Source of the DNA: Minisyncoccota bacterium
Lineage (GTDB): Bacteria; Patescibacteriota; Microgenomatia; UBA1400; UBA12028
Direction of reading: 5' to 3'
DNA: 64,000 bases
NCBI GenBank assembly: GCA_016211945.1
Contig: JACRHV010000003.1
Span: 5,631-69,630 of the forward strand
A program made the translations under genes and the position numbers. The notes beneath the pieces are model-generated. The model saw only the letters and a program-made list of their open reading frames with translations, searched no databases and had not been told where the DNA came from. Below, one piece after another: positions 38,670 through 49,210 of this stretch (position 1 is the stretch's first letter; the number at the start of each line of letters is the position of its first letter).

Positions 38670-39770
38670 TTATGAACCAATGGCAAATTCTACGACATCA
38701 CCATCGCGCATCACATAGTCGCGACCTTCTTGTCGCATCTTTCCAGTTTCGCGCACACCTTTCCATCCACCGCAGGAAACAAAATCGTCAAAGTTAGCGA
38801 TATTTGCCTTGATAAACTTTTTCATAAAATCTGTGTGAATCTCTCCAGAAGCCTCTACTGCCGTTGCGCCGATTTTTGTTGTCCAGGCACGAACTTCTTT
38901 TTCTCCTGCAGTTAAAAATGATTGTAGACCAAGTGTGACGTATGCAGCACGGATGAGACGTTCCAATCCACTTTCTTTCAATCCTAATTCCTCGAGAAAT
39001 GCTACCTGATCTTCTTCCGATAACGTCGCTATTTCGCTCTCGATTTGGGCTGAAATAACAACACATTGCGTTGCTGGAACATGCAAAGACGCTGCGTATT
39101 CTTTTTGAAGGTCGTGTTCTCGCTTTACATCATCTTCACTGACGTTGAACACAAAAAGGACTGGTTTTATTGTCAAAAGACCGAGTTCTTTGCCAATCTG
39201 TTTTTCTTCATCGGTTTGTACAGCACCCCTGGCCGAAATTCCTGTATTTAATGCTTCTGACAATTTTTTAGTAACTTGCCATCTTTGTTGTATCGCTTTA
39301 TCTGCGACTCCTTTTGGCTCTTTTTGCTTTTCCAATGTAGCTAAATCGGCCAACTGCAACTCAGTTTCAATCGTTTGAAGATCACTTTTTGGATCTACAG
39401 CACCAGCACGAATAATATTGCCGTCTTCAAATGCTCTCAATACGTGAACAATAAGTGAAACTTCACGGATATGCGAGAGAAATTTGTTGCCAAGTCCCTC
39501 CCCCTTTGAGGCACCGGCGACAAGGCCGGCGATATCAACAAACTCTACCGTTGCGGAAACAAGGGGTGGTTGAACTCCAGATTCTTTTTGGATCACATCT
39601 GCGAGTTGATTTAGCCGTTTGTCCGGTACCGGCACAATTCCAATATTTGGCTCAATCGTGGCAAATGGATAGTTCGCCGCAAGTGCCGCCTGCTTTTTTA
39701 GGAGCGCGTTAAAAAGAGTGGACTTCCCAACATTTGGGAGACCGACAATTCCAGCAGAGAGTTGTGACAT
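38670..39770 (-). CDS. ychF: ribosome-binding ATPase YchF (Obg family)
   Basis: '[17 protein letters not shown]' G1 motif, C-terminal TGS domain. Confidence 0.9.
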   Translation of the reverse strand: MSQLSAGIVGLPNVGKSTLFNALLKKQAALAANYPFATIEPNIGIVPVPDKRLNQLADVIQKESGVQPPLVSATVEFVDIAGLVAGASKGEGLGNKFLSHIREVSLIVHVLRAFEDGNIIRAGAVDPKSDLQTIETELQLADLATLEKQKEPKGVADKAIQQRWQVTKKLSEALNTGISARGAVQTDEEKQIGKELGLLTIKPVLFVFNVSEDDVKREHDLQKEYAASLHVPATQCVVISAQIESEIATLSEEDQVAFLEELGLKESGLERLIRAAYVTLGLQSFLTAGEKEVRAWTTKIGATAVEASGEIHTDFMKKFIKANIANFDDFVSCGGWKGVRETGKMRQEGRDYVMRDGDVVEFAIGS

Positions 39771-39800
39771 ATAGGCCTCATTTTAACATCCAGAAGAAAA

Positions 39801-40427
39801 ATGTGTGGTATAAATAACAGTATGTTGAAATTATTAAACGAGACGGTGAGTACACTTTTAAGATTAAGCAGTCTAAAAAAAGAGAAAGCCTCTGATGGTA
39901 ACCCCAATTTAGAGATTGCCAAAAAATCTTCGGCGTATCAAAGATTAAAAGAAAAATTCGGGCAAGTAGAACAGATTTCCATCAGAAAAGATCTTACTAT
40001 TGGTGATCTTTATGATATCCTCGCGTTGTACAGAATAGCACAGGGTATTTCTCTTCAGTCGAACCCACCCAATGAGTTATATGAAAAATTAATCTCAGCT
40101 AAACTCATACCTTCCATGGAAAAAGAAAATCTTAATAGATTTTCGCACCAGTTTCCCTCAGACGAAGAACGTATGCTACCATTTTTTTCCACCATCATTG
40201 ACATACAGCAAGTGTCAGAAGCTCTTGCTCAACTCTTTGGTACAGAAGGGATTGAACTATCCCATTTGCCCGGAGGGATCACTATAAATCCTTCTCAAAA
40301 AGCTAATGATGTACAAACATTTCAAGTTTCCGTTTTGGAACGACAACAGAATTATCCTGATCAAATAAAAACATGTGCTGATCTTCGTACTATTTTTGCT
40401 GAACTGGGATTGCCTGTCAACCAATAG
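39801..40427 (+). CDS. hypothetical protein (208 aa)
   Basis: ORF track; no motif. Confidence 0.4.
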   Translation: MCGINNSMLKLLNETVSTLLRLSSLKKEKASDGNPNLEIAKKSSAYQRLKEKFGQVEQISIRKDLTIGDLYDILALYRIAQGISLQSNPPNELYEKLISAKLIPSMEKENLNRFSHQFPSDEERMLPFFSTIIDIQQVSEALAQLFGTEGIELSHLPGGITINPSQKANDVQTFQVSVLERQQNYPDQIKTCADLRTIFAELGLPVNQ

Positions 40428-40442
40428 ATTTCTAAACGCTTA

Positions 40443-41252
40443 CTACTTCCTATCATCATCAAAAAACTCATAGTATGTTAATACACCGATCGCTCCAAAG
40501 ATCATCCAGAAAAATAACTCCTCAAATGGGAATCGCAAAGAAAAAATCTCTACCCAACCGATAAAGTGTGTACCGGGAAACCACCATTGATTCAATTGTA
40601 GTGCGGTGATTTCATAGACAAGTGACAACATAAAAAAGTATGCAGAAACCTTGAGGAACTTTGCAAGAAGAGATGTGAATTTCGCCAAAAATAACAAGGC
40701 AGGAAGAACAAAAAGCAATGTTCCCAACCAGAGATATGCGTACTCAACTTTTAGGAGGTCTGGGTACTTCAGATAGAGCATGAAAAATACTCCCAGGAAA
40801 CACGTCGCTCCTCCGCCTAACCATCGGAACCATTGATTGTGTTTTTGGATATTTCCTCGATCTGCCATGTGCTCGTAGTACATGACGACAAAATACACAT
40901 AGCTAAAACTCCATACAAACTGTTCAATCGGAGTTGTTCCTAATGCGATGAGACGGGGAAAGGTTGACTGAATAGCCCAAGCCCCATCTACAACAGCCAA
41001 ATAATCAATGATAAATGTAAATGGGACTGCAAGGACTGTGGTAAATATCATCGATTTCTTCACATGAATTGGATTGCGAAATGACAAATAGACGGCGGGG
41101 ACACAGAAGAACATGAGCATAGAAAAAAGAAAGTTCGCACGGAATATCAATGAGAGTACAGCAGCAAGAAACGGAAAAAGGATGAGCACTACAATATCCA
41201 CTCTGTGGAGATTTTTGTAATTGGTGAATTTTTTCAATTGTTTATGTCTCAT
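40443..41252 (-). CDS. polytopic membrane protein, unknown function
   Basis: about 8 hydrophobic helices. Confidence 0.45.
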   Translation of the reverse strand: MRHKQLKKFTNYKNLHRVDIVVLILFPFLAAVLSLIFRANFLFSMLMFFCVPAVYLSFRNPIHVKKSMIFTTVLAVPFTFIIDYLAVVDGAWAIQSTFPRLIALGTTPIEQFVWSFSYVYFVVMYYEHMADRGNIQKHNQWFRWLGGGATCFLGVFFMLYLKYPDLLKVEYAYLWLGTLLFVLPALLFLAKFTSLLAKFLKVSAYFFMLSLVYEITALQLNQWWFPGTHFIGWVEIFSLRFPFEELFFWMIFGAIGVLTYYEFFDDDRK

Positions 41253-41279
41253 CGTACATATAATGTAACAAAAAATGTA

Positions 41280-42641
41280 CTACACAACACCTTCGCGTAT
41301 GACCGATAAGACCTCATCCCTTTTTTGCTCCATCTGTTCGAGTGTTGACGCCTCAAGATTAAGACGGACAAGTGGTTCTGTGTTGGATGCTCGCACGTTG
41401 AAGTGCCAGTCACCCATCTCCATTGTTATGCCGTCAATCTCGATAACCCGTTGTGCTTGAGGACTATAAATTGCTCGGATTTTTTCAAATACTTTTTGCG
41501 CATCTGCACCTTTTGTATTGATTTCGCCAGAGATAAAGTATTTCTTTTCTAGCGCAGATAATATCTCGTCTAAACGTTTTGATGAACTTGATAAATAATC
41601 CATCATATAGAGCATAGGGGCTATTCCTGAATCACAATAGTAAAATGATTCGAAATAATAATGCCCTGTTACCTCGCCTCCAAACACCGCTTTTTCATCA
41701 CTCATGCGTTTTTTTATGTAGGCATGGCCAACACGATTGTATAATGGCTTCCCACCAGCCTGTGTGATGAGGTCTGGGACGGCGTGAGAGGCTCGGATGT
41801 CGTATACGATAGGACTGCTCGGCTTTTTCTTGAGGAAATACTCAGAGAGAATTGCTGTGAGAAAATCGCCCGAGACAAATCGACCAGTTTTGTCTATACA
41901 GAAGAACCGATCTCCATCCGGATCAAACATAAATCCCAAATCAGCTTCTTCTGCTACTACGCGTTTAATAATCTCTGTGCGATTCTCTTCTTGAAGCGGG
42001 TCTCCACCGTGATTGGGAAAATTTCCGTCTGGATCAAAATACATCGGGACTAGTGCAACTTGTGGGATTTTTTTGAATAACTCGATTAAGGTTGGTCCCA
42101 CCATGCCATTTGCGGTATCACAAATAATTTTCATTGGTTTAAGTGATGATGTGTCAACGAGACTCATCATGTATTGAATAAACTCGGACAGCGTATCCCA
42201 TTTCTCTATGATTCCCTGTGTTAAAGATACTGTCGGAAATGCATCTGATTCGACGATCTCTCGAATATCTTGAATGCCTTCTTCGCCAGAAAGAAGGTAT
42301 GGAATACTGCGCACCATCTTAAATCCGTTATATTCCTTTGGATTATGGCTCGCAGTGACCATGATGCCGGGAAGGTTTTTTGTGACACATGCAAAATAGT
42401 ACATGTCTGTTGAAACCATGCCCACATCAACAACATGCACTCCAACACTCGTGAGACCTCGTATGAGCGACGCGTGAAGACTTGGGCTTGAAATTCTTGC
42501 ATCTCTTCCAACAATAACCGAGGTTGGCTGGAGGACTTTTGCAAATGCTTTTCCAACCGCCTCCCCCGTCTCATCAAACAGTTGTTTTCCGTATACTCCA
42601 CGGATATCGTAGGACTTGAAGATGGTTGGATCAACTTGCAT
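41280..42641 (-). CDS. phosphohexomutase (phosphomannomutase/phosphoglucomutase/GlmM family)
   Basis: 'FKSYDIRG', 'TASHNPKEYNGFK' active-site Ser loop. Confidence 0.8.
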   Translation of the reverse strand: MQVDPTIFKSYDIRGVYGKQLFDETGEAVGKAFAKVLQPTSVIVGRDARISSPSLHASLIRGLTSVGVHVVDVGMVSTDMYYFACVTKNLPGIMVTASHNPKEYNGFKMVRSIPYLLSGEEGIQDIREIVESDAFPTVSLTQGIIEKWDTLSEFIQYMMSLVDTSSLKPMKIICDTANGMVGPTLIELFKKIPQVALVPMYFDPDGNFPNHGGDPLQEENRTEIIKRVVAEEADLGFMFDPDGDRFFCIDKTGRFVSGDFLTAILSEYFLKKKPSSPIVYDIRASHAVPDLITQAGGKPLYNRVGHAYIKKRMSDEKAVFGGEVTGHYYFESFYYCDSGIAPMLYMMDYLSSSSKRLDEILSALEKKYFISGEINTKGADAQKVFEKIRAIYSPQAQRVIEIDGITMEMGDWHFNVRASNTEPLVRLNLEASTLEQMEQKRDEVLSVIREGVV

Positions 42642-42692
42642 ATCCCTCCTTTTATTAAGAGATATTGATCGTACAATGCTGTGAGAAAGGGG

Positions 42693-44120
42693 TCAAGTTT
42701 TTTTCTTTACGATATATCCAGCTTCGTTGTCTGTTACAACCCAACCATTGTCTTCGATTTTTTTTCGCAACAGATCTGCGATTGTAAAATCTTTTGTTTG
42801 TTTTGCTTGCCACCGTTGTGTCGCCAATTTTGCAATATCCTGTGGCACAGGAACTTTTTTTTCGTTGCCATTGCTTTGAGATACGGCCCCCGCAATTCCC
42901 AGACCCAATACCTCATCAAACTCACAGAGAAGGTCGTATTTATCTTTCGATGGAATATTACTTTTCGTCATTTCCCACAGAACTGCAACCGCCTCCGGCG
43001 TGTGGAGGTCATGTTCTATTGCAGTGAAAAATCGGGATCGATATTCCTCGATTTTTTCCAGTTTCTCCCCTGAAAGCTCCGTTCTTCCCTCCTCTTTCTT
43101 CCATCCGCTCGCCATCTGGACCAATCGATCCCCTGCTGTTTGAGACGCCGCCAACGTATCCCAAGTAAAATTGAGTTCATCACGATAATGTGCGCTCAAG
43201 TACAGTAATCGTAAAGCCATTGGTGAAAACCCCTTCTGTATGACATCGTCAATCGTGTAAAAGTTATTGAGCGATTTGCTCATTTTTTCACCATCAACTC
43301 GAAGAAAATTGTGGTGTACCCAGTATTTCACAAACGGCTTTTTTCCCGTGGCCGCCTCGCTTTGCGCGATTTCATTGGTGTGGTGAACCGGAATATGGTC
43401 AATGCCTCCCGTGTGCACATCAAATTGATCTCCAAGATACTTCATGCTCATTGCAGAACACTCGATGTGCCATCCGGGAAATCCTTTTCCCCAAGGCGAA
43501 TCCCATTCCATTTGTCTTTTTTCATTTTTTGATGAAAATTTCCATAACGCAAAATCTGTTGGGTGTTTTTTGCCATGGACCATCTCTACACGTGCTCCTG
43601 CTTTGAGTTTTTCAATATCCAGTTTCGCCAGCTGTCCGTACTCCGGAAATTTTGACGTGTCAAAGTAGAGACCATCATCAAGAATGTAAGTAAATCCACG
43701 CTTCTCTAATGTTTGAATAAGCATGATTTGTTCTGCAATGTGATCTGTCGCGCGACATGAAATGTCCGGTCTACTCACACCGACTGCATCAAGTCCTTTC
43801 CAAAAAAATGATTCAAACTCTTTCGCTATATCCCATACAGACTTTCCGTATTTCCGCGCCCCTTTCTCCATCTTGTCTTCGCCTTCGTCGGCATCGGAAA
43901 CGAGGTGGCCAACATCGGTGATATTCATGACATGTGTCACGGTCAATCCCGAATGTCTCAGAACACGGATGAGGACATCGTCCATGATGTATTTGCGTAG
44001 GTGACCAAGGTGAGCGTAATCGTAAACCGTGGGACCGCATGCGTACAAACCAATGTTGTTTCCAGCATGAAGTGGGACAACTTCCTCAACTGACCGCGTA
44101 AATGTGTTGTAGATTTTCAT
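42693..44120 (-). CDS. cysS: cysteine--tRNA ligase
   Basis: 'CGPTVYDYAHLGHLR' (HIGH), 'KMSKSLNN' (KMSKS). Confidence 0.9.
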   Translation of the reverse strand: MKIYNTFTRSVEEVVPLHAGNNIGLYACGPTVYDYAHLGHLRKYIMDDVLIRVLRHSGLTVTHVMNITDVGHLVSDADEGEDKMEKGARKYGKSVWDIAKEFESFFWKGLDAVGVSRPDISCRATDHIAEQIMLIQTLEKRGFTYILDDGLYFDTSKFPEYGQLAKLDIEKLKAGARVEMVHGKKHPTDFALWKFSSKNEKRQMEWDSPWGKGFPGWHIECSAMSMKYLGDQFDVHTGGIDHIPVHHTNEIAQSEAATGKKPFVKYWVHHNFLRVDGEKMSKSLNNFYTIDDVIQKGFSPMALRLLYLSAHYRDELNFTWDTLAASQTAGDRLVQMASGWKKEEGRTELSGEKLEKIEEYRSRFFTAIEHDLHTPEAVAVLWEMTKSNIPSKDKYDLLCEFDEVLGLGIAGAVSQSNGNEKKVPVPQDIAKLATQRWQAKQTKDFTIADLLRKKIEDNGWVVTDNEAGYIVKKKT

Positions 44121-44144
44121 ATCACTGACGTGTAGTGTATCAGA

Positions 44145-44639
44145 TTACCCCGCGCCAACCGAGGCTGCTTTTTCTGCATTCGCCGCGTCTTTTGCCATCT
44201 GCACCTGGAGGTTTTCTCTTTTTTGTTTTTCCAGTTGTTTGATCTCGAATTTCTTTTGCTCCTCGTGCTGCTGTTTTTCAACTTCTTTCTGCTGGCGTTC
44301 TTGCGCCATGTTTTGATCGTAATGCGCTTGTTGATTCGCCATAAATTCTTGATGTGCACGAATTTTTTGTTGGCGAGTTACTTCGTCTTCCTGCATCCTT
44401 TGCTGAAGCATGGCTTGTTGTGCGGGATCGGCATTTCCAGACTCTTGTTTTTCAAGTTGATCCGGCGGTTTTTCCTGAGAAGAACTTCCGGGACCTCCGC
44501 CAGATGGTTTCCCTCCCAAAATTTCTTCAAGAATATCCAAAGGAGTTTTTGCAACAGCCTTCGCGGTATCAGAAACAACGCCCCCAACGGCATCACCAAC
44601 ATCTGAAGCTATTTGTTTAACATCATCACCAAGACCCAT
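44145..44639 (-). CDS. Gln/Glu-rich coiled-coil hypothetical protein
   Basis: low-complexity Q/E/K-rich C-terminal half. Confidence 0.4.
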   Translation of the reverse strand: MGLGDDVKQIASDVGDAVGGVVSDTAKAVAKTPLDILEEILGGKPSGGGPGSSSQEKPPDQLEKQESGNADPAQQAMLQQRMQEDEVTRQQKIRAHQEFMANQQAHYDQNMAQERQQKEVEKQQHEEQKKFEIKQLEKQKRENLQVQMAKDAANAEKAASVGAG

Positions 44640-44700
44640 AAATCAAGCATATCAGAAAACCAAAAGGAAGTCCCGATCTTTCTATTCGCCCTCTGGAAAA

Positions 44701-45012
44701 TTATTTTCTCTTCTTCCTCTCCGCCTTTTCTCTCCCAAGTTTCTCCTCAATTTTTCTATAGACTCGAAAAAATACCTGAAATAAATTGTCACCCACTTCC
44801 TTGAAGGCATAACGTGCTCCTTTCAACTGTGCTACAACCTCTATCTGTGCCTCACTTGAGTTCCTGCCACCACGTTTCACCCGATCAATAACGACCTGGA
44901 GTTGCTCTACTCCGAGTGAAGAAAATTTTTGCAAGCCCATCAGTTTTTTCTCAATAAATTGCCGTACTTTGTCTGTAATTGCGGCTGTTTTTGATGAAAA
45001 CATGATGCGCAT
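44701..45012 (-). CDS. hpf: ribosome hibernation-promoting factor / RaiA family (short form)
   Basis: 'ITDKVRQFIEKKLMGLQKF...' resembles the HPF/YfiA N-terminal fold; RBS AAAGGAGGAG. Confidence 0.65.
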   Translation of the reverse strand: MRIMFSSKTAAITDKVRQFIEKKLMGLQKFSSLGVEQLQVVIDRVKRGGRNSSEAQIEVVAQLKGARYAFKEVGDNLFQVFFRVYRKIEEKLGREKAERKKRK

Positions 45013-45030
45013 ATCTCCTCCTTTGGGTAT

Positions 45031-45066
45031 AAAAAAAGCCGTCCTGGTTATGCAGGATTCGGCTTA
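45031..45066 (-). terminator. rho-independent terminator in the hpf leader / downstream of recR
   Basis: minus strand AAGCCGAAUCCUGCAUAACCAGGACGGCUU followed by U7. Confidence 0.6.
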
Positions 45067-45138
45067 CACATGAACAAACGCGGTTTTCGTTTGCACACAG
45101 TCACAGTATAACGCGCTACGATAAAAATCCAATGGGAA

Positions 45139-45159
45139 GTTCCGACCTAGGTCCGACCT
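45139..45159. promoter_or_regulatory. second copy of the double half-site motif (GTTCCGACC-TAG-GTCCGACC), abutting the -35 of a minus-strand promoter (TTGGAT-16-TATACT)
   Basis: same motif as at 25581-25601. Confidence 0.45.
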
Positions 45160-45180
45160 CTCTTCGTCCTACACCCCATC

Positions 45181-45777
45181 CTACATCTTTCGTCTACCCT
45201 CCATTGCCCGCGCAATAGTGATTCCATCGGCATACTCAATATCAGCACCTATTGGTAAACCATGTCCTATACGTGTGATTGCTACGTCTGGATGACCTTC
45301 AGCAAGTAACTGCTGTATGTACATTGCTGTAGCCTCTCCTTCCATGGTTGGGTTCGTTGCAAGAATAACCTCATCAATGTTGTGAACTCGCTTTACAATA
45401 TCGTGGAGAAAAAGTTGATCCGGTCCAATATTGTTGAGCGGAGAGATTGCCCCGTGTAACACGTGATAGAGGCCGTCATATTTTCCGGATCGTTCAATCG
45501 CCAAAACATCCAGGGGCTGTTCAACGATACAAAGCAAAGATTTATCTCGAGTTGAATCGGAGCAGATCTCGCATGGATCTTCCTCACCAACATTATGACA
45601 TCGCGAACACACTTTTGTGTTTTTCTTCATCGCAACAAGAGAGTCAGCAAATTTTTGGATTTCTGATTCAGGGACATGGAGGAGATAAAACGTAAGACGC
45701 TGTGCTGATTTTGGCCCTACTCCCGGTAAACGTTCAAATTGAGTAATTAATTGTTGGATAGATCGAGGCAACTTCAT
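45181..45777 (-). CDS. recR: recombination protein RecR
   Basis: 'LPGVGPKSAQRL' HhH, C4 zinc finger 'CSRCHNVGEEDPCEIC', Toprim. Confidence 0.9.
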   Translation of the reverse strand: MKLPRSIQQLITQFERLPGVGPKSAQRLTFYLLHVPESEIQKFADSLVAMKKNTKVCSRCHNVGEEDPCEICSDSTRDKSLLCIVEQPLDVLAIERSGKYDGLYHVLHGAISPLNNIGPDQLFLHDIVKRVHNIDEVILATNPTMEGEATAMYIQQLLAEGHPDVAITRIGHGLPIGADIEYADGITIARAMEGRRKM

Positions 45778-45826
45778 ATCAAGGAGTATACACGACTTCC
45801 CATCTCTGTGTTACAGAAATACCGTA

Positions 45827-46048
45827 TTACAGAATTTCTACCACTTTCTGCTTATTTTTTTCACCACGAATAACAAATACTCGTGACTTAGGGACGTGAA
45901 AATATTCTGCAATCATCGCGATTACTTCCGTGTTTGCTTTCCCCTCACTTGCGGCAGAGAGAGTCCAAATATGAAAAACATTATTCCTCTGTTGAATTTC
46001 TTTCTTCTGTGCACCAGCACGCACATGGACGACATACTGCATATTCAT
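45827..46048 (-). CDS. DUF167 (YggU-like) protein
   Basis: 'EGKANTEVIAMIAEYFHVPKSRVFVIRGEKNKQKVVEI' matches the YggU C-terminal block; start moved to an internal Met to avoid the ybaB overlap. Confidence 0.5.
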   Translation of the reverse strand: MNMQYVVHVRAGAQKKEIQQRNNVFHIWTLSAASEGKANTEVIAMIAEYFHVPKSRVFVIRGEKNKQKVVEIL

Positions 46049-46088
46049 GAACACCGCCAGCATCTGTACAAACGTTTTGCGAAAAAGG

Positions 46089-46379
46089 TTATTGTTGTCC
46101 GCCGCCGCCAAATAATCCACCGAGGCCACCACTCATGGACTGGAGTTTCTTTGCGGCCAATTCTTGTGACTTCTTAATTGCTTCATTCAAGGCAGAGACC
46201 GCCTCATCACTCGTGATTCCCTGAACACTGAAATGTTTTATCTTTTGTGATCCCGTTATAACTACGCGAACATCACCATGTTCAACAACAATCTCCTCCG
46301 CTTCCAACTGCTGTTGCATCTGAATAGCTTGCTGTCGAAGTTTATTTAAATCACCAATTTTTCCGAAAAGATTGGACAT
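46089..46379 (-). CDS. ybaB: nucleoid-associated protein YbaB/EbfC
   Basis: 'MSNLFGKIGDLNKLRQQAIQMQQQLE...' with Gly-rich tail. Confidence 0.85.
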   Translation of the reverse strand: MSNLFGKIGDLNKLRQQAIQMQQQLEAEEIVVEHGDVRVVITGSQKIKHFSVQGITSDEAVSALNEAIKKSQELAAKKLQSMSGGLGGLFGGGGQQ

Positions 46380-46431
46380 GTTGCTCCTTTTAGTTCAATA
46401 CTTGCGTTGAGTATAGCATAATGTGCAAAAA

Positions 46432-47961
46432 TTATGACAGCAAGGCTTCGGACGCAGATTGTATGAGATCTTCATCTTTTGCCTTCTGCGTTTTTGGTTT
46501 GTTTTCTTTTTTCCCAAGCACATACGAAACTCGAAGAACTGGAAGACTGAATGCCTGTTTTATAACGTCCTCTATCACCCTGCGATGTTTCTCGAGTTCA
46601 AGTTGTTCTTTGTGAAAGGAATAGAACACCTCAATTGTTACTACCTTCCCTTGAATGTTTTGTGGCCGTGTCGCGCGAAGTAATGCCTCCACCGTTGCAT
46701 TTGTCGATTTGATCTTAGCCAAGATATCTTGCCACCGTATGAGTATTTCTTCGCCGGTTATGACAAGTCCATCAGTTTGCTCTGTCTCATGATGATCATC
46801 CTGCACCAACGAGACCCTTGTGTCAGATTGTGTGCTTTTTGTTTGCTCTTCTGTGACGTGCGTCTGGGAGTTTTTTTGAGGAGTTCGTTCTGATTCAGGT
46901 TTGCGTTCTACCTGTTGTATTTCACCAAAACACCATGAAAAACACGCCAGTTCAAAAGGGAGTGAGGGGAACGGTTGAAGAGGATCGAGTGGAACCGCTA
47001 GATGTGAGAGGAGAGATTGGATCTGTGCAGCTTTTCCCTTCTGCGTTTCTTGCACAATTTCGGCGACAAGACTCTCATGCAACATCTGGAGTGTCATTTT
47101 TTGTGCGTACGTAGGATCAATGTTTTTTTCTTCGATATGTTGAAAAATATGTGCAACACGTTCTGCATCGCGAGAAAAAAGCGCATCACACAACGCACGA
47201 AGTTCAACCTTCACGCCATCATCTGAAAATGATGCAGCATCTTCATTTGTAATCGATGTTTTTCCTTGAGCGAGATGCTCGAACATTTTCACCGCATCTC
47301 GAAACGATCCATCTGCTTTTTGTGCGATTTTAGTAAGTAAGGAAGAATTGATGGTGATAGTTTCTTTTTTCGCAATTGCCTGGAGCGCATGCTCGATATC
47401 TTCAAGTGAAGCCTTCTTGAATTGAATCACGATACATCGGGAAATAATGGTTTCTGGTACCTTATGAAACTCCGTTGTGGCAAGGATAAAAATGACATGC
47501 TTCGGCGGCTCCTCAAGCACTTTGAGTAGCGCATTGAAGGCTTCCGTGGTCAACATGTGAACCTCATCGATGATGTAGACATTTACCAGTCCGTCTGACG
47601 GTGCAAGATTTATCCGCTCACGAAGCATGCGGATATCGTCAATTCCACGATTACTCGCAGCATCCATCTCAACAACGCACATACTTGAACCGCGCGTTAT
47701 ACGTTCACATGAAGGACATGCACCGCATGGCTCGACAAATGGTTTTTTTGATGATGACTTGATGTGATCTGCATTTTTTTCACAGTTCACCATCTTTGCA
47801 ATGATACGAGCACTACTCGTTTTTCCGGTACCCTTGGGACCGGTGAGCAAATATGCGTGGCTATATGTTCCACCTTGACGTATCCGATCTAATGCCTCCC
47901 TCACAGAGGGAAGATGAAGCTCATGAATTGTTTGTGGACGATAGACGCGGTACCAAGACAT
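46432..47961 (-). CDS. dnaX: DNA polymerase III subunit gamma/tau
   Basis: 'YRPQTIHEL...YLLTGPKGTGKTSSARIIAK', Zn module CxxC. Confidence 0.9.
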   Translation of the reverse strand: MSWYRVYRPQTIHELHLPSVREALDRIRQGGTYSHAYLLTGPKGTGKTSSARIIAKMVNCEKNADHIKSSSKKPFVEPCGACPSCERITRGSSMCVVEMDAASNRGIDDIRMLRERINLAPSDGLVNVYIIDEVHMLTTEAFNALLKVLEEPPKHVIFILATTEFHKVPETIISRCIVIQFKKASLEDIEHALQAIAKKETITINSSLLTKIAQKADGSFRDAVKMFEHLAQGKTSITNEDAASFSDDGVKVELRALCDALFSRDAERVAHIFQHIEEKNIDPTYAQKMTLQMLHESLVAEIVQETQKGKAAQIQSLLSHLAVPLDPLQPFPSLPFELACFSWCFGEIQQVERKPESERTPQKNSQTHVTEEQTKSTQSDTRVSLVQDDHHETEQTDGLVITGEEILIRWQDILAKIKSTNATVEALLRATRPQNIQGKVVTIEVFYSFHKEQLELEKHRRVIEDVIKQAFSLPVLRVSYVLGKKENKPKTQKAKDEDLIQSASEALLS

Positions 47962-47983
47962 TATGAGGCAATGATATCATGAA

Positions 47984-48388
47984 CTACTCATGGTGAAATC
48001 CAAGAAGATGAAGCAGTCCGTGTTCGACAAGAAAGCAGATCTGATCATCAACCATACGACCGAGTTTTCTTGCTTCGTTTACCGCCTCAGGAAAACAGAC
48101 AACAACATCCCCCAGTTGTCTTGGTATTTCAGGTTGCCCTTTCGGCGCATCAAGAAAATCTTTATCTGGCTGTTCAGGATCCATTTGAGGAAAAGAGAGT
48201 ACATCTGTCACTCCTTGGTGCTTCATGAGATTCTCATTTAACTCGATCATTTTCCGTGATCCCACAAGCGACACGGAAACCTCTGCATCTTCTACTCCTT
48301 TTTCGGATAGGACGCGTAAAACACAGGCTCGCACCATTGTGCGGTTTACCGGATATCTCGATCCAACGGAAATGAAAATAGTAACCAT
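47984..48388 (-). CDS. ybeY: endoribonuclease YbeY
   Basis: C-terminal 'HGLLHLLGFHHE' (HxxxHxxxxxH zinc motif). Confidence 0.75.
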   Translation of the reverse strand: MVTIFISVGSRYPVNRTMVRACVLRVLSEKGVEDAEVSVSLVGSRKMIELNENLMKHQGVTDVLSFPQMDPEQPDKDFLDAPKGQPEIPRQLGDVVVCFPEAVNEARKLGRMVDDQICFLVEHGLLHLLGFHHE

Positions 48389-48394
48389 GTGAGA

Positions 48395-48631
48395 CTACTT
48401 TTTCTTCGATTTTTTAAATGATTTCTTTGATGATTTTTGACGTTCCATACGTTCACGGTATTTGCGTCGCTCGATTTCTTTATTGTGATCTTTGCGAAGT
48501 AATGCCGGTTTTTTATAGAACTCTTTTTCCTTCACCAATGTCAAAATATTATCGATCATCATGCGTTTTTTAAAGCGCTTAATGACACTGTCTGTTGATT
48601 CATCTCGTTTTGCACGTACGATAGATGGCAT
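48395..48631 (-). CDS. rpsU: 30S ribosomal protein S21
   Basis: 'VIKRFKKRMMIDNILTLVKEKEFYKKPALLRK' matches S21. Confidence 0.8.
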   Translation of the reverse strand: MPSIVRAKRDESTDSVIKRFKKRMMIDNILTLVKEKEFYKKPALLRKDHNKEIERRKYRERMERQKSSKKSFKKSKKK

Positions 48632-48728
48632 GAATACTCACCCCCTCTCACAAAAACAGATTACTCTGTGTATCTCTTCAAAAGAATATTGGTGTATTGT
48701 ACATCGAGGAGTGCCAGAGGGCAATGCG

Positions 48729-49199
48729 CTAACTCTCTCTGATTTTTTTCGCTATCTCCTCGAGTTTTTTGTCGTCGGCGCGTTCGCCGTTATGTGAAGA
48801 TAAATACCCCTCGTATCGGGTAAAAAACTTCTTTGTTACTCTCTCTGGAGGCATCTCCCTCCACAACTCTACTCCTTTTGTTCCGTGCATCGGAAAGAGT
48901 TTTGCGTGCAGGTGATTCACACCAAATCCTTCAAGAAACATTCCTGTACGCCCTACGTCTTCAAATGCTGCATTGATCTTTTTTGCGACCGTTTTGCAGG
49001 CCAAAACAAGTCCTGTTATTAACGTATCATCTTGGGAAAAAGCATCGCTCGGATAATGGTTCTTTGTTGCAACCACGGTAAACCCCTTTGTGTTGGGGAA
49101 AATGGTGAGAAAGGCTATGTGAAGATCATCCTCCCAAACTTTATGGCATGGAATCTTCCCCTCCACAAACTGACAAAAGAGACAATCATCCTTCTGCAT
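48729..49199 (-). CDS. HIT-family (histidine triad) hydrolase
   Basis: 'CLFCQFVEGKIP', 'VNHLHAKLFP' histidine-triad region. Confidence 0.7.
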   Translation of the reverse strand: MQKDDCLFCQFVEGKIPCHKVWEDDLHIAFLTIFPNTKGFTVVATKNHYPSDAFSQDDTLITGLVLACKTVAKKINAAFEDVGRTGMFLEGFGVNHLHAKLFPMHGTKGVELWREMPPERVTKKFFTRYEGYLSSHNGERADDKKLEEIAKKIRES

Positions 49200-49210
49200 A
49201 TATGCTCCTT

